Shown here: positions 47,841-58,248 of the stretch, one piece after another | Layout: every line of letters starts with the position of its first letter | Numbering within the stretch: the first letter of the stretch is position 1 | Source: an uncultured candidate division Zixibacteria bacterium | GTDB taxonomy: Bacteria; Zixibacteria; MSB-5A5; GN15; PGXB01 | DNA: 64,000 bases | NCBI GenBank assembly: GCA_963702205.1 | Contig: OY969724.1 | Span: 1,056,001 to 1,120,000 of the forward strand | Direction of reading: 5' to 3' | The notes under the pieces: generated by a model | Database searches by the model: none | What the model was told of the DNA's origin: nothing | What the model saw: the letters and a program-made list of their open reading frames with translations, nothing else | Translations under genes and position numbers: made by a program

Positions 47841-48719
47841 ATGGAAAACGTGCTTGTCCTTAAGGACATAAAGAAAATCTACAAAGAGTTTTTGCTTGAC
47901 GGTATCAGTCTGACCGTGCCCCGGGGGTATATAATGGGCATCATCGGTCCCAACGGAGCCGGGAAATCGACCACGATCAAAATCATCATGAATCTGGTTC
48001 GGCCCGACGGCGGCACCGTTGAAGTGTTCGGTTTAACCCACAATAAAAGCGAAAAAGAAATAAAAAATCGGATCGGGTACGTCGGTGAGGAGCAATACTA
48101 TTATGAAAACCGCACGGTTTCCTGGACCGCAAAATTCGTTTCGCAGTACTTTAAGCAATGGGATGAGAACCGCTTCGGCATTCTGCTTAATCGTTTCGGC
48201 ATCAGCCGAACCAAAAAGATCCGCGAGCTTTCCAAGGGTATGAAGGTTAAACTATCGCTGGCGATCGCTCTGTCGCACAATCCGGAATTGGTTATTCTCG
48301 ATGAACCGACCGCCGGGCTCGATCCGGTCGTGCGGCGCGAACTTCTGGACATACTCCGGGATGTCACCGAGGATGAAAACCGTTCCGTAATCATATCCTC
48401 TCACATTACCGATGACATCGCCCGCATTGCCGATTATATCACTTATATGATCGACGGACGTATCGTGATGTCTCGCGAAAAGGACGATCTCTTAGCCGGA
48501 TGGAAACGCATTCATTTTAAAAAAGAAGCCGTCGCACCCGACGTCATTGACTCTCTGTACGACGTGCAGGATCAGATGTTCGGCAGTACCGGCGTTACCC
48601 GGGATTATGAAAATATAAAAGAAAAGCTCGCGGCGGCGGTGGCCAAAGAAGACGTGAAGATAGAAAACGTCAATCTGGATGATATTTTGATCTCACTGGT
48701 CCGGGAGGCGCGCTTATGA
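47841..48719 (+). CDS. ABC transporter ATP-binding protein
   Basis: GPNGAGKS, LSKGM, ILDEPTAGLD, ISSH. Confidence 0.95.
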   Translation: MENVLVLKDIKKIYKEFLLDGISLTVPRGYIMGIIGPNGAGKSTTIKIIMNLVRPDGGTVEVFGLTHNKSEKEIKNRIGYVGEEQYYYENRTVSWTAKFVSQYFKQWDENRFGILLNRFGISRTKKIRELSKGMKVKLSLAIALSHNPELVILDEPTAGLDPVVRRELLDILRDVTEDENRSVIISSHITDDIARIADYITYMIDGRIVMSREKDDLLAGWKRIHFKKEAVAPDVIDSLYDVQDQMFGSTGVTRDYENIKEKLAAAVAKEDVKIENVNLDDILISLVREARL

Positions 48720-49378
48720 TAGGCCTTATAAAAAAAGACGCCTTTACGGCCGTGCTGAACGCCTTCGGCATTTTGCCGCTATTGACCGCGTACTGGCTGC
48801 TGGTGCCCCACAATCTCGATCAAAATTCATTCATCCTGGCGGGAAGCATGTTAATCGTGCTTTTGTTCGCAACGCTCATCGGGCTCGAATCGGTAGAAGC
48901 CAAGTACAAAGGCTATGCGATTCTGAGTACCCTCCCCCTGACTTCGGCCGAAATCATAGCCGCCCGATTTATTATAATGCTTGCGCTGGCGTCTCTGTAC
49001 GTGGTTTATTTCGCCCTGCTCTTCCGATTGATGCACGCTCCGGCCCAGGCGCTTCGCTTAGGCCAGGCAGGCATAATCGCGGCGGGAATAGTGGGCCTGC
49101 TGCTCGTGGCGGTATTTTGCATATTAGTGATTCGCTTCCGCTATTTGAAAATATTCCAGATGATATTCAAAGTTGCCCCGGTGGCGATCATGCTAATCCT
49201 GGCGGGCGTATATGAATCGAATTATCAATCGATCACCGCCTTTGACCCCGCTCGTTTGATAAGGTATACGTCAGCTTTGAATATCGCCTTGTTCATTGTG
49301 GCCGGAATCGCGGTCTATTGCGGGCTCTGGCTGCTGGCCGTATATGTTCTGGCCCGGAAAGAAAATAAACTGGAATGA
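48716..49378 (+). CDS. ABC-2-type transporter permease
   Basis: MIGLIKKD start, 6 TM, 'TLPLT..EII.ARF'. Confidence 0.82.
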   Translation: MIGLIKKDAFTAVLNAFGILPLLTAYWLLVPHNLDQNSFILAGSMLIVLLFATLIGLESVEAKYKGYAILSTLPLTSAEIIAARFIIMLALASLYVVYFALLFRLMHAPAQALRLGQAGIIAAGIVGLLLVAVFCILVIRFRYLKIFQMIFKVAPVAIMLILAGVYESNYQSITAFDPARLIRYTSALNIALFIVAGIAVYCGLWLLAVYVLARKENKLE

Positions 49379-49397
49379 AATTGTCCGGAGCATCTAT

Positions 49398-50054
49398 ATG
49401 TATGGACTGATAAAAAAAGACTGGGATAAATTCGGGGCCGACCTCGCCGTCGTCATAATATTGTCGCTATACTGGCTTTTTACCGCGCCTACCCTGGGGA
49501 CGAACATCGTCATTATCATGGGCATGGTCCTGTTTTTGTCGAATATCACGGCCGTGCTCGTGGTCGAGCAGGCAGAGGAAAAATACAACGGCTATGCCTT
49601 TCTGAAAACCCTGCCGCTGCACAAGAGCGAAGTTACATACGTCAAATACGCCCTCCCGCTGCTTAATACCGCCGTCGCCGGAGCGGCATTTTATGCGACG
49701 ATCACCGTTTTGGGCGGCCCGCCGGAACTGGTTTCATTCGGCCGGATGTACGTCGCATTTTGCGGCGTTTGCAGTCTGATCCTGACAGGCATCCTGTATA
49801 CGGCCATAATTATATTCGGGTTTGCCAACGTGATGCGCTTCGGAATCTTCACGGGCAGCGCGCTGGCTCTCGTGCTCGGCTCAATCATCTCGATGCTGAT
49901 GGCTCGGTCGATCATTCCATCCTGGAACGTCCTCATTTCGTCGTTAGTTGATTTTTTGACGGGCTTGGATATCCGACTTTTGATAATCTGCGGGCTGGTC
50001 GTTTATCTGGCTCTGATGCTGACGTCGCTTCGGTTGCGGGATGTTCGGAAATAA
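49398..50054 (+). CDS. ABC-2-type transporter permease (paralogue of the previous gene)
   Basis: MYGLIKKD start with GGAG RBS, 'EEKYNGYAFLKTLPL.KSEV...KY'. Confidence 0.82.
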   Translation: MYGLIKKDWDKFGADLAVVIILSLYWLFTAPTLGTNIVIIMGMVLFLSNITAVLVVEQAEEKYNGYAFLKTLPLHKSEVTYVKYALPLLNTAVAGAAFYATITVLGGPPELVSFGRMYVAFCGVCSLILTGILYTAIIIFGFANVMRFGIFTGSALALVLGSIISMLMARSIIPSWNVLISSLVDFLTGLDIRLLIICGLVVYLALMLTSLRLRDVRK

Positions 50055-50109
50055 AATATTATGAATGAGTTCGTTTCAAGTACGGTAAAGTAAAAAAGGA
50101 GAGAGAAGA

Positions 50110-50875
50110 TTGGAAAATGAAATTAACGAAGTAACTGCTCCCACTGCACCCGAAAGCAAATCGGCCTCGGGAATCGTCCGGGTTTTTTATGAACCGAAAT
50201 CGTTTTTTGAGGGTCTGCGTAATAAGAAAGCCTGGATCATTCCATTCGTTATAATCATCATAGTCGGTGGTGTCCTGGGGCAGCTGACCAAGCCGATACT
50301 CGTCAGGGACATTTTTGCCGGTGTCGAACAGAGGATGGAACAGGCCCGGCAGGCCATCGGTGAGGAACGCTATAACCAGATCATGGATCAATTACGAAGC
50401 CGTAAAGCCGAAGCGATGAGTAATAAAATAACCTGGCGTACGGTGCTGACATTTATCATCGCACCCTTGCTGATGGCATTTGTTATCGCCGGAGTCGGGA
50501 AACTGGTCGGCAATTTTATGCTGGGCGGCAAAGCCGCATTCTGGCTGGTTTTCAACGTTGTCGTTTTCACCGGCCTGATCGGTCTGGCAGGGGGATGTGA
50601 TCAAAAGCGCCATGATGCTGGCCAAGGATACGTCCTACGTTTACCTCGGCCTCGGTTTGCTAAAGCCGGTTAATGACGGATCGTTTGGTTTTTACCTGCT
50701 GCGCCAGTTAGAGCTGTTCTCGATATGGCGGGTTATCGCCACCTGCATCGGTCTCGGAGCGGTGTATAATATCAGCGGTAAGAAATTCGGATATGCCCTG
50801 GTCCCGATCTGGGTCGTGTTCGTGCTTTTGGTCGCGGTCGCCAATATTTTCACGGGCGGATCGATCGTCTATTAA
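50110..50875 (+). CDS. Yip1-family membrane protein, frameshifted in a G5 run at 50590-50594
   Basis: 'VFYEPKSFFE.L...KAWIIP', 'LELFSIW'. The two track ORFs join as LAG-DVIKSAMM. Confidence 0.82.
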
Positions 50876-50965
50876 AATCACCTCGCTTGCGTGTTAGTGC
50901 ACAATCGCCGGTTACGAGAAACCCCTTGTGACCGGCGGTTCTTTTTGTGTTGAATGCGGCCGGTT

Positions 50966-51376
50966 TTACAGATCGAGGGCGCGGCGCAATTTGTCTTTCA
51001 GCGAACCGCGGCCGTTGTGTACTATAAATATCGCTTTCAGGCCGTGACGGGTGTAGAGCTGTCTTTTTTGCTCGACCCGGTCGATGTAAAACGGCATGTG
51101 GGTGAAGCCGCAAATTTCGATAAACAGGTCCCGGTCGGGAAGGTAAAAATCGGGACGGTACTGCTTTCCCGCCAATAGTATAAGTGGTTCATACTTATAA
51201 TTTATAGATCGCTCTTCGAAAAATTCGACGCATTCTTTTTCATAACGGGACCGTACCTGCACTCTGTCTCCGGCGGTCAGGTGGGGCGGTTTAATTTTGG
51301 GGCGGTGATATCGTACGCCCGCGGTCGGACCGGGGCGGCCGTCCTTTTTCATCCGGTGCGGTCGGTTATAAGCCAT
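50966..51376 (-). CDS. Small PD-(D/E)XK nuclease-like protein
   Basis: VRSRYE...YEP...YRPDFYLP...FIEICG pattern. Confidence 0.7.
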   Translation of the reverse strand: MAYNRPHRMKKDGRPGPTAGVRYHRPKIKPPHLTAGDRVQVRSRYEKECVEFFEERSINYKYEPLILLAGKQYRPDFYLPDRDLFIEICGFTHMPFYIDRVEQKRQLYTRHGLKAIFIVHNGRGSLKDKLRRALDL

Positions 51377-51447
51377 ACAATAAAATACGGTGATGTATGA
51401 TTAAAAGCAAATGCGTTGGGTTGCTATGCGCCGTGTGGATAATCTTA

Positions 51448-52362
51448 TTATGGCTCAGTGGCCGGTTTCGGCTTTTGCGATGACACCGCCGAAAGCAGCA
51501 GTGCCGCGAAAATAAACCCGCCGCCGACCGCGCGGAACCATACGAACGGCTCGCCGCCGACAGTCCAGGCAAACATCGCCGCGAAAACCGGCTCCAAAGC
51601 GAAAATCAGGGCCACCCGAAGCGGCGCAACTATTTTTTGAGCCAACATCTGTATCACAAAAGCCGACAGGGTCGGGAAAAGAGTCAGAAAAAGCACGACC
51701 ATCGCCGCCTCGCGGGACCTGACCGAATAATCCAGACCAAATGCCAGCGCGGATATAAGGCTCAAAATCCCGACCACCAGAAACTGCTGGCAACTGGTAA
51801 TGTACGGGTCGATACCGTCTTTCATGTATCTGTCAGAATATAAAAGATGCAGGGCATAGGTGACCGCGGCGATTAAAGTCAGGGCGTCGCCGAGATTTAT
51901 TTTCTTCATGCCGCCGGTCAGAATCCAGAGGCCGATCAAAGACACGATAGAGGCGATAACCTCGAGTTTGGATGGGCTGCGTTTGAAAATGAGCTTTAGA
52001 AATATCGGGACGAAAGCGACAAACAGGCCGGTGATGAACCCCGAGTTCGAAGCAGTCGTGAAGCCGAGACCGATAGTTTGAGGGATGTATAACAGCCAGA
52101 GAATAAATCCGAGAAAAAGTCCGGTCCGGATATCTGCCAAAATGCTGAGGCCTTTTATTTTTAGGAATACCAGCAGAATAAGCCCGGCCAGAAGAAAACG
52201 ATAGGCGACCAGCACGACTGGATCGATATCGTCGAGCGCGCCTTTAACCAGAAAAAATGTCGCGCCCCAGATGGCGGCGGCATAAAAAAGCCCCGCCTGA
52301 GCGAACAACAGCTTCAATTTCGATGGTTCCGTATTGGCCGGCATGGCCGCAGAAAAAACCAA
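51448..52362 (-). CDS. DMT/EamA-family transporter
   Basis: IWGATF, RF, GL..TTASNSGFITGL, GD.LTL, LEPVFA. Confidence 0.92.
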   Translation of the reverse strand: MVFSAAMPANTEPSKLKLLFAQAGLFYAAAIWGATFFLVKGALDDIDPVVLVAYRFLLAGLILLVFLKIKGLSILADIRTGLFLGFILWLLYIPQTIGLGFTTASNSGFITGLFVAFVPIFLKLIFKRSPSKLEVIASIVSLIGLWILTGGMKKINLGDALTLIAAVTYALHLLYSDRYMKDGIDPYITSCQQFLVVGILSLISALAFGLDYSVRSREAAMVVLFLTLFPTLSAFVIQMLAQKIVAPLRVALIFALEPVFAAMFAWTVGGEPFVWFRAVGGGFIFAALLLSAVSSQKPKPATEP

Positions 52363-52426
52363 ATAGAAGTCTTTGTCAACAGAATTTAGCGATAATATTT
52401 TTTCGACTTTTGATCCGGATAAATAA

Positions 52427-52458
52427 TAAAAGGCCGTCCGCTGTCACGGACGGCCTTC
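52427..52458 (-). terminator. Intrinsic terminator (minus strand)
   Basis: AAAAGGCCGTCCG...CGGACGGCCTT. Confidence 0.65.
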
Positions 52459-52480
52459 CCACCCCCCTTAATCATGAGTA

Positions 52481-52822
52481 TCAAGTATCGTGATACCCGG
52501 GCGGATTATCATCGGGGTCGTCACTGCGGTTCATAAAATCATCGAAAATCCGGCTGTTGCGCTTGCCCTGGAGACGAGCCTTGGCGCGGACTTCCTCAAT
52601 CGTTTCATTGGGCCTCAGCGGCAGCCCGCAAAGCTCCTGAAGGGCCATAACTCGTTCGCGTGCAGAGTCTTGCAACTTCTGGCCGATTATGTTCAGTTCC
52701 AGCCGGAAGAGATCCTCGGACGAACCCGGCAGGAATATGTACCAAATATCGCGACTGAGGCCGCCGAGCATGCCCATAATATTCGGGAAAGCCTTCATAG
52801 CGTTTTCATATTTTCCAGACAA
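52481..52822 (-). CDS. Hypothetical protein
   Basis: Fills an intergenic gap and is followed by a terminator; no recognisable motif; start uncertain. Confidence 0.4.
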   Translation of the reverse strand: MSGKYENAMKAFPNIMGMLGGLSRDIWYIFLPGSSEDLFRLELNIIGQKLQDSARERVMALQELCGLPLRPNETIEEVRAKARLQGKRNSRIFDDFMNRSDDPDDNPPGYHDT

Positions 52823-52944
52823 CTTTCATCACCGCCTTTTGACGATATAATGGATCAACATTATCCTTTATCGACTAAACAACCATATTATTGAATCGGT
52901 TCCGGGCTTTCCCGGACTTGTTGAAATGAGGTGCGTTTATGTTC

Positions 52945-53043
52945 CGTCAGGTGCTGATCCCGACGAAGTCGGGATTGACACCCCTTTTCTTACAATGCGG
53001 TCAGGTCACACGTCCCGACAATTCGGGACGCAGGACCTGACCG
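52945..53043. repeat. REP-like palindrome cluster
   Basis: ATCCCGAC-GAA-GTCGGGAT, and a minus-strand GGTC-CTGC-GTCCCGA..TCGGGAC-GTGT-GACC hairpin (52998-53043). Confidence 0.75.
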
Positions 53044-53172
53044 AACGAGCTTTTTCAACAAGCCCTTTTGCCCGGCCCGTTTGGCGCCAATATGGATTTC
53101 TATGTATAAGTTGACTTACTGCGCCATTTTGCTATTTTAGAGGCAGTTAATTACCGACATGCGAGGACCAAA

Positions 53173-54375
53173 TTGGATAAGCTCATATATCTCGACAACG
53201 CCGCCACGTCGTGGCCCAAGCCCGAAAGCGTCTATGCCTATATGCTGGAATTTTACCGCTCGTGCGGGGTTAACCCGGGGCGCAGCGGTTTTGATAAAGC
53301 TATCGAGGCGGGCAATATTCTTGAGGATTTGCGCGCCCGCCTGACCCGCTTTTTCGGCGGCGATCAGGTCACCCCCGAACGGCTTTGTTTTTCGTACAAC
53401 GCCACCGACGCCCTCAACCTGATAATACAGGGGCTGCTCGGACCGGGCGATCATGTCGTTACCACCAACCTCGAACACAATTCGGTGATACGGCCGATCA
53501 ATCATCTCGTGCGCGACAATAACGTCGAGGCCACCTATGTGCCGTTTAGCGACAAGGGCTTTGTCGAGCCCGACGAGATTAGAAAGGCGATCAAAGCCAA
53601 CACGAAACTTGTCATAGTCAACCACGGATCAAACGTCATTGGGACGGTTCAGCCTGTGTCTGAAATCGGGGCCATCTGCCGCGAACGCGACGTGCTGTTC
53701 GCGATCGACGCCTCCCAGACCGCCGGGGTGATTCCGATCGACATGCAGAGCATGAATATCGACGTGCTGGCGTTCACGGGTCACAAGTCTCTCATGGGCA
53801 GCACCGGTATCGGCGGGCTGTGTGTCCGCCAGCATGTCAATATCAGGCACACCCGGGCCGGTGGCACCGGGGTTCGCTCGGCCAATCCGCATCATCTCGA
53901 TGAGTACCCTTTCCGCATGGAGTACGGTACCCCCAACATGGTCGGCATCGCTTCGCTCTGGGCCGCCCAGGACTGGATCGGACAGCAGGGCGGGGTCGAG
54001 AAAATCCACGCCGCGGAACTTCGGCTGGCCCAAAAGCTGGTGGACGGATTCAAACAGATCGACGGCGTCATCGTGTATTGTTGCGACAGCATGGATCACC
54101 ACCTTTCGACCGTCACGGTTAACGTCGAGGGAATCGAGGCCGGGGACGTCGGGATCATGCTCGACGTCGACCATAACATCGCTACCCGCACCGGTCTGCA
54201 CTGTGCCCCACTGGTGCACCGTCAGATCGGCACGCTTTCCATTCACGGCGGGGTGCGTTTCGCGATTGGCCCGTTCAATACCGAGGATCACATCGACGCC
54301 GCTATTGCCGCCATGACCGACATCGCCGAACGCGCGATCGAGATGAAAAAGTCCCGGATGGCCTCAGCCAAATAG
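53173..54375 (+). CDS. Class V PLP aminotransferase / cysteine desulfurase family protein
   Basis: YLDNAATSWPKP, EHNSV, DASQTAG, FTGHK, RTGLHCAP. Confidence 0.93.
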   Translation: MDKLIYLDNAATSWPKPESVYAYMLEFYRSCGVNPGRSGFDKAIEAGNILEDLRARLTRFFGGDQVTPERLCFSYNATDALNLIIQGLLGPGDHVVTTNLEHNSVIRPINHLVRDNNVEATYVPFSDKGFVEPDEIRKAIKANTKLVIVNHGSNVIGTVQPVSEIGAICRERDVLFAIDASQTAGVIPIDMQSMNIDVLAFTGHKSLMGSTGIGGLCVRQHVNIRHTRAGGTGVRSANPHHLDEYPFRMEYGTPNMVGIASLWAAQDWIGQQGGVEKIHAAELRLAQKLVDGFKQIDGVIVYCCDSMDHHLSTVTVNVEGIEAGDVGIMLDVDHNIATRTGLHCAPLVHRQIGTLSIHGGVRFAIGPFNTEDHIDAAIAAMTDIAERAIEMKKSRMASAK

Positions 54376-54424
54376 TCGATCGTGCCGGGACATATCGCGA
54401 ACTCATATACGAAAGGTCTTTCTT

Positions 54425-55357
54425 ATGGATCAGCCTGATCCTCTTTCGACGGTACCGACCAAAGAACCGCTTATCAAATGGGGCTGGGTGCGTGCCCTGA
54501 TTTTTCTTCCGGTTCATTATATCGGGGTCAGTCTGGTCGCTTTGATCGTCCTGCTTTTGATCGGGTTCGATTTCAGTCAATACAAAGACTACGACCAGTT
54601 CATAAATCAGCCGAACATGATATATCTTAATGTGGCCATGCTGCTATGGACGATTCTTATCGCATTCGCGTTCAGAAAGGTAATCGATAACCGTTCGTTC
54701 GTTTCGCTCGGATTTGAATTTTCCCGCAAATGGCTAAAAGACTTTGTGGCGGGGCTTTTGATCGGGGCAGTTCTTATGACGGCGCTGTTTTTACTCGCAC
54801 TGGCGGTTGGAGCCGTAACCGTCACCGGCTGGCATTTCCCGGTCGGGACATTGCTCGTGCTGGGGATCAATCTCCTATGTGCCGGGGCGATTGAAGAAAT
54901 CTCGCTTAGGGGATATTTTCTCAATAACATGATGGGTTCGATGAACAAGTACCTGGCGCTGGTGTTCACGTCGGTTATTTTCTCGGTGGCCCACGGCCTT
55001 AATCCCAATTTCGGTTGGATCAGCCTGCTGAATATTATACTGGCCGGACTCCTCCTGGGTATTTATTATATACACAGGCAAAGCCTGTGGTTTCCAATCG
55101 GACTGCATTTTGCATGGAATTTCTTTCAGGGGGCGGTGTTCGGGTCTCCGGTCAGCGGTGTAAAAATGGGAAGCATCTTTCTGACAGAATATACCGGCAG
55201 CGACTATCTGACCGGCGGGAAATTCGGTTTCGAGGCCTCGCTGGCGGCGTCGATATTCACCATCGGAGCGATATTGATAATACACTTTAATTATCATAAC
55301 AAAAAGCAACCAGAGCAGGCCGCGCCTTCAGTTGAATCCACCGACTATGCTTCGTGA
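54425..55357 (+). CDS. CPBP (CAAX/Abi) intramembrane metalloprotease
   Basis: EE...RG, F...H, H..WN motifs; multi-TM. Confidence 0.92.
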   Translation: MDQPDPLSTVPTKEPLIKWGWVRALIFLPVHYIGVSLVALIVLLLIGFDFSQYKDYDQFINQPNMIYLNVAMLLWTILIAFAFRKVIDNRSFVSLGFEFSRKWLKDFVAGLLIGAVLMTALFLLALAVGAVTVTGWHFPVGTLLVLGINLLCAGAIEEISLRGYFLNNMMGSMNKYLALVFTSVIFSVAHGLNPNFGWISLLNIILAGLLLGIYYIHRQSLWFPIGLHFAWNFFQGAVFGSPVSGVKMGSIFLTEYTGSDYLTGGKFGFEASLAASIFTIGAILIIHFNYHNKKQPEQAAPSVESTDYAS

Positions 55358-55444
55358 ACAAAAAGTAGGTCGGGTTCCGAGAGGTTTTGTAACCCACCCA
55401 ACGGGTGGGTAGTTACTTATGCGCAGAGATGCAAGCGAACCAAA

Positions 55445-55601
55445 AAGTAGGTTGGGTTCCGAGTCCCGCCTTGCGGGACGAGAAACCCGACAAAAGTCAC
55501 AGCGGCGTCGTGGACCTTTGATAGTTCTGACAGGTCCTGCGTCACGATTTATCGGGACGTGTGACCTGTCAAACTTGTAATCGTCGTTGGCAATATTCCT
55601 T
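55445..55601 (+). repeat. Repeat A copy 1 (~156 bp composite of two REP-like hairpins)
   Basis: Highly similar to 57798-57953. Contains GTAGGTTGGGTT...AAACCCGAC and the GGTC-CTGC..GTGT-GACC hairpin (55528-55571). A partial GTAG element lies at 55365. Confidence 0.88.
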
Positions 55602-55657
55602 TATATGTTCTTGTCTGCTGCTTAAATTCCATTATATTGTATTCAAGAGGCATTTAA

Positions 55658-57214
55658 GTGCTTAAGGTGTTTTTAATATTCGCAATCCTGATTTTTTTAA
55701 TCGGTAATTCATTATTCGCGGATACTCCTGAAATCATCGGAGTTATTCATACGGATACATCGGAGACTCTTTTCGGTTATCGTATAATCCCACTCGGCGA
55801 CCAAAACGGCGATGGCTATGATGATTTTATGACATGGGATTACAGGAATCATGCTTTTGTTTATTATGGGGGAGATACTACCAATAGTACTCCCAATTTG
55901 ATTATTGAAAGTGTCTCTACACGGATGGATAATATCGGCGATCTCAATGGAGATGGTTTCGATGATGTTGTAATATCTGATCGTACGACATCCTATCATA
56001 AACTAAGCTTATTTTATGGCGGACCATCAATGGATGGAACCCGGTATGCTCGTTTTGGTTGGGACAGCCTTTTTCCTATTGGATTTTCCGGCTGTTGTGT
56101 TGATTTTGATGGTGACGGTATAGGAGAGCTTATTTCCGAATCCAATACTCAATCATCAGTCTTAACATTTAATACAAATGCACTAAGCGATTCAATCCCT
56201 AATGTTATAATTAGACCCGATATTGAACCCTATGACGGTTATTATTTCGGAGAGGGGTTGGCAGTAGGCGACTTTAATGATGACGGAAAAAAGGATTTGG
56301 TTGTTAATTTGCGCCGCCGCCGAGTTCAGGAAATAAATGGATCGCTGCAATTATATTGGGGCGGCGATTCTAAACAGACGCCTGATTTAGTAATTACAAG
56401 GCCGGGCGAATATGAATTGGGGTTTGAAGAATTTGGAAGGGTGCTTGAAAATATAGGCGATGTCAACGGCGACGGAATTGATGATATATTTGCGGGGACC
56501 GGAGCTGGCCTTGATACAGCCGGTTTAATTTATTTTACTGGTCCCGAAATGGATGATATTCCTGATGTAATAATCACTGATCCATCAACAAAAGTACGGT
56601 TCGCAGGTGATATTAACAAAGACGGTTATGATGATTTAATTATCGGATTCCCGGTATCCTTTTCGGCTTTAGGTTACGTATTCTTATATTATGGCGGTCC
56701 AGATATGGATTCAATTCCTGATATCGAAATACAAAATTCCGACTTTTCCGGATCGCAGACATACTTTGGACAGGATGTATCTGGTATTGGTGATTTTAAT
56801 AATGACGGTGTCGATGATTTCGCTTTTTCGGCGATAGAGTATACGCTTGAATACTGGAATCGGGGCGTGGTGTATGTAATGTCCGGTATAGGCGGTTCAT
56901 CCGATGTCGAGACCGAACCGAATTCTCTGGTCCCAGATAAATTCGAGCTATATCAGAATTATCCCAATCCATTTAATTTGAATACGACCATCTCATTTGA
57001 TATTCCATATCGCAGCCATGTTGTTATAACGATTCATAACATACTCGGTCAGGAGGTTGCGCGTTTAATCGACAAGGAACTGGCGGTCGGGTCTTATCAT
57101 GTAGAATGGGATGGACGGGATTATTCAGGGTCACCGGTGTCATCTGGCGTTTATCTTTATCGCCTCACCGCCGGTGACGTGGTTTATTCCAAAAAGATGA
57201 TATTATTGAAATAG
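55658..57214 (+). CDS. Secreted FG-GAP repeat beta-propeller with FlgD-Ig/T9SS-like C-terminal domain
   Basis: Signal peptide, repeated GDxNxDGxDD motifs, QNYPNPFN...SGVYLYRL...KKMILLK; visibly AT-richer than the core genes. Confidence 0.92.
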   Translation: MLKVFLIFAILIFLIGNSLFADTPEIIGVIHTDTSETLFGYRIIPLGDQNGDGYDDFMTWDYRNHAFVYYGGDTTNSTPNLIIESVSTRMDNIGDLNGDGFDDVVISDRTTSYHKLSLFYGGPSMDGTRYARFGWDSLFPIGFSGCCVDFDGDGIGELISESNTQSSVLTFNTNALSDSIPNVIIRPDIEPYDGYYFGEGLAVGDFNDDGKKDLVVNLRRRRVQEINGSLQLYWGGDSKQTPDLVITRPGEYELGFEEFGRVLENIGDVNGDGIDDIFAGTGAGLDTAGLIYFTGPEMDDIPDVIITDPSTKVRFAGDINKDGYDDLIIGFPVSFSALGYVFLYYGGPDMDSIPDIEIQNSDFSGSQTYFGQDVSGIGDFNNDGVDDFAFSAIEYTLEYWNRGVVYVMSGIGGSSDVETEPNSLVPDKFELYQNYPNPFNLNTTISFDIPYRSHVVITIHNILGQEVARLIDKELAVGSYHVEWDGRDYSGSPVSSGVYLYRLTAGDVVYSKKMILLK

Positions 57215-57274
57215 CCAGTAAGCCAGTCAGTTCCTTAAGATATACAATGCACCAATAATGTCATGTATCAATAA

Positions 57275-57627
57275 TGTCATTCCCGCGCAGGCGGGAATCC
57301 AGGATTTTCTTGAAATCCAATTACGTTTACATAATGGCCAGCAAAAAGAATGGCACTTTATATATTGGTGTTACCAATGATCTTTTAAGACGGGTTTATG
57401 ATCATAAGAACAAAAACGTCGAGGGATTTACTTCAAAGTACGATGTAAAAAAACTCGTCTATTACGAACAAACACCGGATGTAGAATCGGCCATACAGCG
57501 TGAAAAGCAGCTTAAGAAATGGAACCGCAAATGGAAAATACGGCTGATTGAAGAGCAAAATCCAAATTGGGATGATTTATACGAAGACATAATATAAGAC
57601 TGGATTCCCGCCTGCGCGGGAATGACA
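57275..57627. mobile_element. GIY-YIG element copy 1, bounded by perfect 28-bp inverted repeats
   Basis: TGTCATTCCCGCGCAGGCGGGAATCCAG (57275-57302) and its exact reverse complement (57600-57627). Confidence 0.75.
57310..57597 (+). CDS. Stand-alone GIY-YIG nuclease
   Basis: YVYIMAS..NGTLYIGVT.DL.RR...H, AIQREKQLKKWNRKWK..LIE..NP.W.DL. Probable TTG start at 57310 (alternative ATG 57274 lies in the repeat). Confidence 0.93.
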   Translation: MKSNYVYIMASKKNGTLYIGVTNDLLRRVYDHKNKNVEGFTSKYDVKKLVYYEQTPDVESAIQREKQLKKWNRKWKIRLIEEQNPNWDDLYEDII

Positions 57628-57740
57628 ATGAAAGGGACGGGAATGACGTTGAAAGGGGCGAAATGACATTGAAAGGGACAGGAATGACATTGAAAGAGCC
57701 GGAATGAAAGGGCGGGAATGACAATGAAAGGGGGCGGTAG
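57618..57740 (+). repeat. Degenerate tandem array of ~20-bp units GGAATGACA(A/T)TGAAAGGG
   Basis: About six units starting inside the right inverted repeat. Confidence 0.8.
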
Positions 57741-57797
57741 TGAATTAGAGAAAAGAAAGAAGAGGCAGGGATGGCACATAAGGAGAAAGACAGTTAG

Positions 57798-57953
57798 AAG
57801 TAGATCGGGTTCCGATTCCCGTTTTGCGGGGGAGAAACCCGACAAAAGTCACAGCAGCGTCATGGACCTTTGATAGTTCTGACAGGTCCTGCGTCACGAT
57901 TTATCGGGACGTGTGACCTGTCAGTCTTGTAACCGTCATTGGCAATATTCCTT
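57798..57953 (+). repeat. Repeat A copy 2
   Basis: Direct repeat of 55445-55601, offset about 2353 bp. Confidence 0.88.
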
Positions 57954-57957
57954 CACG

Positions 57958-58032
57958 GCGGCGTCAGGAATCACTTCCTGACGCTCCTGGCCTGCATAAG
58001 TGCTTTCGGGAAAGGGTCCCCAAAGGCGCACA
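57958..58032 (+). repeat. Repeat B copy 1 (CGTC-tagged palindrome)
   Basis: GCGGCGTCAGGAA-N4-TTCCTGACGCTCCTGG...CGGGAAAGGGT; repeated at 59468. Confidence 0.8.
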
Positions 58033-58248
58033 AGATGTTCGATTCTATTAGGCTTAACCCAACATAGAAATATGGAAATTTTTATTGACATTTAGTTGCC
58101 GAATTAATAAAATAAATTTGAAATAATGAGAATTTGGCATTATGGCTGAAGAGGGTGCGAGTGTTATTGCCAAGTTCATGCAAAATCTTTTTGCTGACTC
58201 GTTGCTCTAATTGGGCTTTTCGCGAGATTATTATTTAAGGTTCTAAAC

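Noticed and set aside
50966..51376. PD-(D/E)XK protein as part of a restriction or defence system
   Set aside because: No methyltransferase or other defence partner adjacent.
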